Below are positions 59,320 through 64,000 of a stretch of 64,000 nucleotides of DNA, one piece after another. The stretch lies in the IMG/VR virus record IMGVR_UViG_3300017917_001914, positions 1-64,000 of that record. One strand, written 5' to 3'. The notes under the pieces were generated by a model that saw only the letters and a program-made list of their open reading frames with translations, searched no databases and was not told the DNA's origin. The first letter of the stretch is position 1. Every line of letters starts with the position of its first letter. The DNA comes from a virus. A program made the position numbers and the translations under genes.

Positions 59320-60321
59320 GTGGTTAAAACACTATTAGTGGATGGTAACAATTTAACAAAAATTGGATTCCACGGGGTTAAAGATTTTTTTAATAAAGGT
59401 AAACACATAGGTGCCGTATGGCACTTTGTGAATACCCTTCGTAGACTTATAGACGAAGAAAACTACGACAAAGTAGTTGTGTTTTGGGATGGGGATGATA
59501 ATTCCCTTACCCGAAAAACATTATATCCCCAATATAAAGAAAAAAGACGTACAACCGATGAGTTCAAAGACCAATCTTTTGAAGAACAAAAAGAGAGGAT
59601 TAAGGCGTATTTGGAAGAGTGTTATGTAAGACAAATAAACGTTGAAAAAAATGAGGCGGATGATTTGATTGCTTACTACTGCCAAATCTCGGAGAACGAA
59701 CAAAAGACCATATTCTCGGGAGATAAAGACCTTATTCAACTTATCTCTGATAAGGTATCTTTATATTATCCAAAAACAAAACAAACATTTAGAAATGGAG
59801 ACAAAGTAATGTTGGAATATTATTATTTCCCACATCAAAATGTTCGTACCTATAAAATTTTATCAGGTGATAAATCCGATAATATTGATGGTATTTCCGG
59901 ACTTGGAGAGAAAACTCTTGTAAAGTTTTTTCCTGAGTTACTTGAAAAACCGGTTTCTGTTTCCGATATTTTAGAAAAGGCTGAAATCCTACTAAAAGAG
60001 AATAAAAGTAATAAAACTTTACAAAATCTATTATCCGGAAAAACAAGAACCGGAGTATATGGTAATGAGTTTTTTGAAGTTAACCAAAAGATTGTTGACT
60101 TATCAAATCCTCTGATAACAGAAGAAGGTAAAGAAATGGTCGAATTATATTATAGGGAAACTTTAGACCCTGACGGAAGGGGTCATAGAAACCTAATAAA
60201 GATGATGATGGAAGACGGATTTTTTAAATATCTACCGAAAGGGGATGACACTTGGGTGAATTTTGTTAGACCCTTTTTAAAACTAACAAGAAAAGAAAAA
60301 AGAAATTATAACAACAATTAA
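59320..60321 (+). CDS. 5'-3' exonuclease (T4 RNase H / PolA N-terminal-like)
   Basis: LLVDGNNL, VFWDG, YPQYKEKR, EADDLIA, SGDKDLIQL, GDKSDNIDGISGLGEKT. Confidence 0.92.
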   Translation: MVKTLLVDGNNLTKIGFHGVKDFFNKGKHIGAVWHFVNTLRRLIDEENYDKVVVFWDGDDNSLTRKTLYPQYKEKRRTTDEFKDQSFEEQKERIKAYLEECYVRQINVEKNEADDLIAYYCQISENEQKTIFSGDKDLIQLISDKVSLYYPKTKQTFRNGDKVMLEYYYFPHQNVRTYKILSGDKSDNIDGISGLGEKTLVKFFPELLEKPVSVSDILEKAEILLKENKSNKTLQNLLSGKTRTGVYGNEFFEVNQKIVDLSNPLITEEGKEMVELYYRETLDPDGRGHRNLIKMMMEDGFFKYLPKGDDTWVNFVRPFLKLTRKEKRNYNNN

Positions 60322-60329
60322 TTAAAACT

Positions 60330-60782
60330 ATGAAAGACCAAGAATCGGTAAAATTAGAGTTCTTAATGATGGTAAACGACAACATCATTGTACAGAGATT
60401 TTTTAATGTGAGAGAGTTTAACAATGAGGCTAAAAACTCATTAGAACTTTATGAATTACTTCGTGAATTTAAAGACGATATTCAATCACAATTAGCATTG
60501 AAAACCGTAACGTATATGACGGACAATATGTACGAAATTATTAACAATCCGGCGATTTTAGAAACGTCATACACTGACGGCCCGGAGTACTTCAACATCT
60601 TCATCAAACAAAATGATGTGACAATTTGTCATAGACAAGTGGACGCTAAAGTATACCCTCCAAAGATAAGATATACTGTGGATGTACGCCCACACCTAAA
60701 AAACTTATTGATGAACTTGACTGACATTTTTTCATCTAAAAATTTAACAAAAAAATATCTAGAAGTTAACCTAAGTGTGTAG
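60330..60782 (+). CDS. Hypothetical protein
   Basis: ORF within the replication operon. Confidence 0.7.
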   Translation: MKDQESVKLEFLMMVNDNIIVQRFFNVREFNNEAKNSLELYELLREFKDDIQSQLALKTVTYMTDNMYEIINNPAILETSYTDGPEYFNIFIKQNDVTICHRQVDAKVYPPKIRYTVDVRPHLKNLLMNLTDIFSSKNLTKKYLEVNLSV

Positions 60783-60812
60783 TATTTATTATTACACTAA
60801 AAGAAAAAATAT

Positions 60813-62198
60813 ATGGCGTCAAACAAAAATTTCGAGTATCTAGGTAGTACCTTTCAGATACAATTATTAAACCAAATCATTATCGATAAAGATTTCTCAA
60901 GGTCTATTATAGATGTGATTGAAACAAGTTATTTTGAGAATAAATACTTCAAATTAATCATTCAAATGATTAAAGAGTATTACACAAAATACGAACACAC
61001 ACCAACCTTTGACACATTAGAACAAATCACAAAATCTGAGATACAACAACCTCTGGCTGCAAAAATCATTATTGATACCCTTAATAAAGTTAAGGAATCA
61101 ACACTTGAGGGGGCGGAATTTGTACAAGAAAAATCGATGAAGTTTTGTAAACAACAAGAGTTACAAAAAGTTATGGTTAAGGCTCAAAAAATCATCGACA
61201 CGGGTGAATTTGAGAGTTATGACACATTAGAAGAGATGGTTAGTAAAGCTCTTCAAGTGGGTGAACATGATAAGGGAACTGAAAGTGTTTTCAGTAATTT
61301 AGACGACGTTTTAAACGAGGATTATCGTCATCCGATACCGATGGGTATTCCGGGGATAGATAGACTCTTAAAAGGTGGTTTAGCTAAAGGTGAAATTGGT
61401 GTTGTTTTAGCACCAACAGGGGTAGGTAAATCGACTTTACTAACAAAAATCTCAAATCACGCATTTAATTTGGGATACAATGTTTTACAAATTTTCTTTG
61501 AGGATAACCCAAAGATTATCCAACGTAAACACATTACTTTATGGACAAAAATCCACCCGGATGAATTGTCTTTAAGAAAAGATGAAGTTATGGTAAAAGT
61601 TAAAGAGGTTAAAGAAAAAATGACTAATGAACTTATACTTAAAAAACTTCCATCTGATACCGTAACAATGATGCAAATTAAGAATCAAATTAGAAAAATG
61701 ATTTCTGAAGGAAACAAAATTGATATGGTATTATTAGACTACATTGATTGTGTTGTTCCTGATAAAAACTTGGGGGATGAATGGAAATCTGAGGGGTCTG
61801 TGATGAGAGCATTTGAGGCTATGTGTCACGAGTTGGACATCGTTGGGTGGACTGCAACTCAAGGTAATAGAAGTTCAATATCTTCAGATGTAGTAACTAC
61901 CGACCAAATGGGTGGTTCTATCAAAAAAGCTCAGGTTGGACACGTAATCATTTCCGTGGCTAAATCTCTACAACAAAAAGAAATGAAATTAGCAACAATA
62001 GCTATTACAAAATCACGTATTGGTGATGATGGGATAGTATTTGAGAATTGTAAATTTGATAATGGTATGTTAGAGATAGACACAGAAAGTTCAGTAACAT
62101 TCTTGGGTCTTGAAGAACAAACCGAAGAAAGAAACCGTCAAAGAATTAAAGATTTGATGGACAAAAGAAAAGAAAAAAACCAAACACAAAATAATTAA
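60813..62198 (+). CDS. Replicative DNA helicase (DnaB / T4 gp41-like)
   Basis: [40 protein letters not shown]. Confidence 0.92.
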   Translation: MASNKNFEYLGSTFQIQLLNQIIIDKDFSRSIIDVIETSYFENKYFKLIIQMIKEYYTKYEHTPTFDTLEQITKSEIQQPLAAKIIIDTLNKVKESTLEGAEFVQEKSMKFCKQQELQKVMVKAQKIIDTGEFESYDTLEEMVSKALQVGEHDKGTESVFSNLDDVLNEDYRHPIPMGIPGIDRLLKGGLAKGEIGVVLAPTGVGKSTLLTKISNHAFNLGYNVLQIFFEDNPKIIQRKHITLWTKIHPDELSLRKDEVMVKVKEVKEKMTNELILKKLPSDTVTMMQIKNQIRKMISEGNKIDMVLLDYIDCVVPDKNLGDEWKSEGSVMRAFEAMCHELDIVGWTATQGNRSSISSDVVTTDQMGGSIKKAQVGHVIISVAKSLQQKEMKLATIAITKSRIGDDGIVFENCKFDNGMLEIDTESSVTFLGLEEQTEERNRQRIKDLMDKRKEKNQTQNN

Positions 62199-62202
62199 AA
62201 AA

Positions 62203-63153
62203 ATGGAAGAAAAAATATTAAAAGAAAATCCGAATAGATTCGTGATTTTCCCAATTGAACATAATGATATTTGGGAATTTTACCAACAACATCAATCGGC
62301 ATTTTGGACGGCAGAAGAAGTAGATTTATCTAATGACATTAGAGATTGGGAAAATTTAACTGATAACGAAAGATTCTTTGTGAAGAATGTATTATCATTT
62401 TTTGCGGCATCTGACGGAATTGTTAACGAAAATCTTGCGGAGAATTTCTTAAAAGAAGTTCAATACCCTGAGGCTAAGTTTTTCTACGGATTCCAACTTA
62501 TGGCTGAGAATATTCACTCTTTAATGTATTCATTATTGATAGATACTTATATTTCAGATGCTAATGAGAAAGACGAATGTTTTCACGCAATTGATAAATT
62601 ACCTGCGGTTCAAAAGAAAGCAAAATGGGCTTTGGATTGGATTGAAAATTCAACATTCCAAGAAAGATTAATCGCGTTCGCGGCTGTTGAAGGTATTTTC
62701 TTTTCTGGTTCGTTCTGTTCAATCTTTTGGTTAAAATCAAGAGGGATTATGCAAGGTTTATGTAATGCTAATTCATTGATATTCAAAGATGAAAACTTAC
62801 ACTGTGATTTTGCAATTCATTTGGTTAATAATCATTTAGAAAACAAACCAAGTGAGAAAAGAATTAGAGAAATTTTATTATCTGCTTTGGAGATTGAAAA
62901 AGAGTTCATTACAGAATCTATACCAGTTTCATTAATCGGTATGAATTCAAATTTAATGAAACAATATCTTGAATTTGTAACCGATGGTTTATTAGTTAAA
63001 TTTGGTTGTAAAAAACAATTTAATGTGGAACAACCATTTAAATTTATGGAACAAATAGCTGTTGAAACAAAAGGTAACTTTTTTGAATCTAGAACTATGG
63101 AATACCAAAAGGCTAAATTAGGTGAGTCATTAACATTTACAGACGATTTTTAA
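62203..63153 (+). CDS. nrdB: Ribonucleotide reductase class Ia beta subunit
   Basis: [53 protein letters not shown]. Confidence 0.95.
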   Translation: MEEKILKENPNRFVIFPIEHNDIWEFYQQHQSAFWTAEEVDLSNDIRDWENLTDNERFFVKNVLSFFAASDGIVNENLAENFLKEVQYPEAKFFYGFQLMAENIHSLMYSLLIDTYISDANEKDECFHAIDKLPAVQKKAKWALDWIENSTFQERLIAFAAVEGIFFSGSFCSIFWLKSRGIMQGLCNANSLIFKDENLHCDFAIHLVNNHLENKPSEKRIREILLSALEIEKEFITESIPVSLIGMNSNLMKQYLEFVTDGLLVKFGCKKQFNVEQPFKFMEQIAVETKGNFFESRTMEYQKAKLGESLTFTDDF

Positions 63154-63154
63154 T

Positions 63155-64000
63155 ATGATGTCATTAAAGATAAAAAAAAGAGGGGGGGACGAAGTTTCGT
63201 TCAACCCCCAAAAAATTTATAATAGAGTTAAACGAGCGGCAAGAGGTTTAAACGTAAATGCTGATGAGGTATTCATTAAGGTGATTACTTCAGTTCCAAC
63301 GGAGGGTGTTATTACAACCAAAGAGTTGGATAAATTGGTTTATGAGATTGCGGCGGCTTATACCGGAAGTCACCACGATTATTCAAGATTGGCGTCTTCA
63401 GTGGCGATTTCTGCATACCACAAAGAAACTGATGATAGTTTTTGTAACACAATGCGTATATTACACGTTAATGGTATCATTAACGATAAATTAATGGAAA
63501 CTATTGAACAATATGGTTCTGAAAATATTGATTCTGTAATTAATCACGATAATGATTACAATTTTGATTATTTTGCATGGAAATCATTACAAGAAATGTA
63601 TTTGTTAAAAACTCCTGAAGGTAGAGTAATTGAAAGACCTCAACACATGTATATGAGAGTGGCTTTGTGGGTGACTAAGTCATTTGAACAAGCGGTTGAG
63701 TATTATCAATCATTATCAAATCAACTTATTTCTCCGGCAACACCAATTATGATTAATGCAGGTACAAGAACACCACAATTGGCTTCTTGTGTATTGAAAT
63801 ATAATCATGGGGATTCAAGAGAAGGTTTATTACAAACATTCAACGATATTTCGACTTATTCATCTGATGCTGCTGGTATTGGATTATGTATGTCTAATGT
63901 TCGTAGTAAAGAGAGTCGTATTAACTCATCAGGAGGATTTGCGGGTGGTTTATTGAAATACCTAAAGATTGTTAATGAAGGATTAAGATTTTTCAACCAA
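63155..64000 (+). CDS. nrdA: Ribonucleotide reductase class Ia alpha subunit (partial, runs off the window)
   Basis: Manual translation: ATP cone MMSLKIKKRGG..., ERPQHMYMRVA, SPATPIMINAG, QLASC, AGIG. Confidence 0.93.
   Translation, partial: MMSLKIKKRGGDEVSFNPQKIYNRVKRAARGLNVNADEVFIKVITSVPTEGVITTKELDKLVYEIAAAYTGSHHDYSRLASSVAISAYHKETDDSFCNTMRILHVNGIINDKLMETIEQYGSENIDSVINHDNDYNFDYFAWKSLQEMYLLKTPEGRVIERPQHMYMRVALWVTKSFEQAVEYYQSLSNQLISPATPIMINAGTRTPQLASCVLKYNHGDSREGLLQTFNDISTYSSDAAGIGLCMSNVRSKESRINSSGGFAGGLLKYLKIVNEGLRFFNQ

Noticed and set aside
63306-63494. 62-aa ORF in the track
   Set aside because: Out-of-frame shadow inside nrdA, which starts at 63155 and runs off the window
1-64000. Stop-codon reassignment as in some jumbo phages
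   Set aside because: Genes are intact in code 11, and TAG/TGA end genes at plausible boundaries (for example 9796, 49440, 59297, 60782)
1-64000. Eukaryotic giant virus origin, suggested by collagen-like repeats, GT60, SOD, SNF2 and eukaryote-like nrdB
   Set aside because: Sheath, tube, neck, baseplate, gp32-like SSB, overlapping operons and intrinsic terminators indicate a tailed prokaryotic virus

Overview
This is an AT-rich, gene-dense 64 kb segment of a large contractile-tailed (T4-superfamily-like, probably jumbo) dsDNA phage. It uses the standard genetic code, and I found no rRNA, tRNA, CRISPR array or integrase. It falls into three parts. (1) 0.1-25 kb: a 2673-aa Gly-Thr-Ser collagen-like fibre and several Pro/Thr mucin-like proteins, interleaved with about 14 glycan-modifying genes. 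These include GT4-, GT25-, GT9-, GT32- and GT60-like and TibC/Aah-like transferases, FkbM methyltransferases, an HtrL/YibB-like and a DUF3431-like protein, and a candidate sulfation module (HxGH nucleotidyltransferase + APS kinase + sulfotransferase). (2) 25.5-57 kb: DNA polymerase B, neck proteins, a SOD fused to a nuclease-like domain, an SNF2 helicase, and tail terminator, sheath, tube, chaperone, tape measure and large baseplate proteins. (3) 57-64 kb: gp32-like SSB, RecA/UvsX, 5'-3' exonuclease, DnaB/gp41 helicase, nrdB and a partial nrdA. The best candidate for a new system is a phage-encoded pathway that builds a glycosylated, methylated and sulfated (proteoglycan/mucin-like) coat on Ser/Thr-rich virion proteins. 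Other signals: a candidate +1/-2 frameshift in the tail chaperone, an RHH gene missed by the ORF track with a candidate operator, a recurrent TATTTAT(A) promoter-like motif, (I/L)xE leaders, a 10-mer array upstream of recA, and apparent GATC/GGWCC avoidance. All family assignments come from motif recognition by eye, not from database searches.
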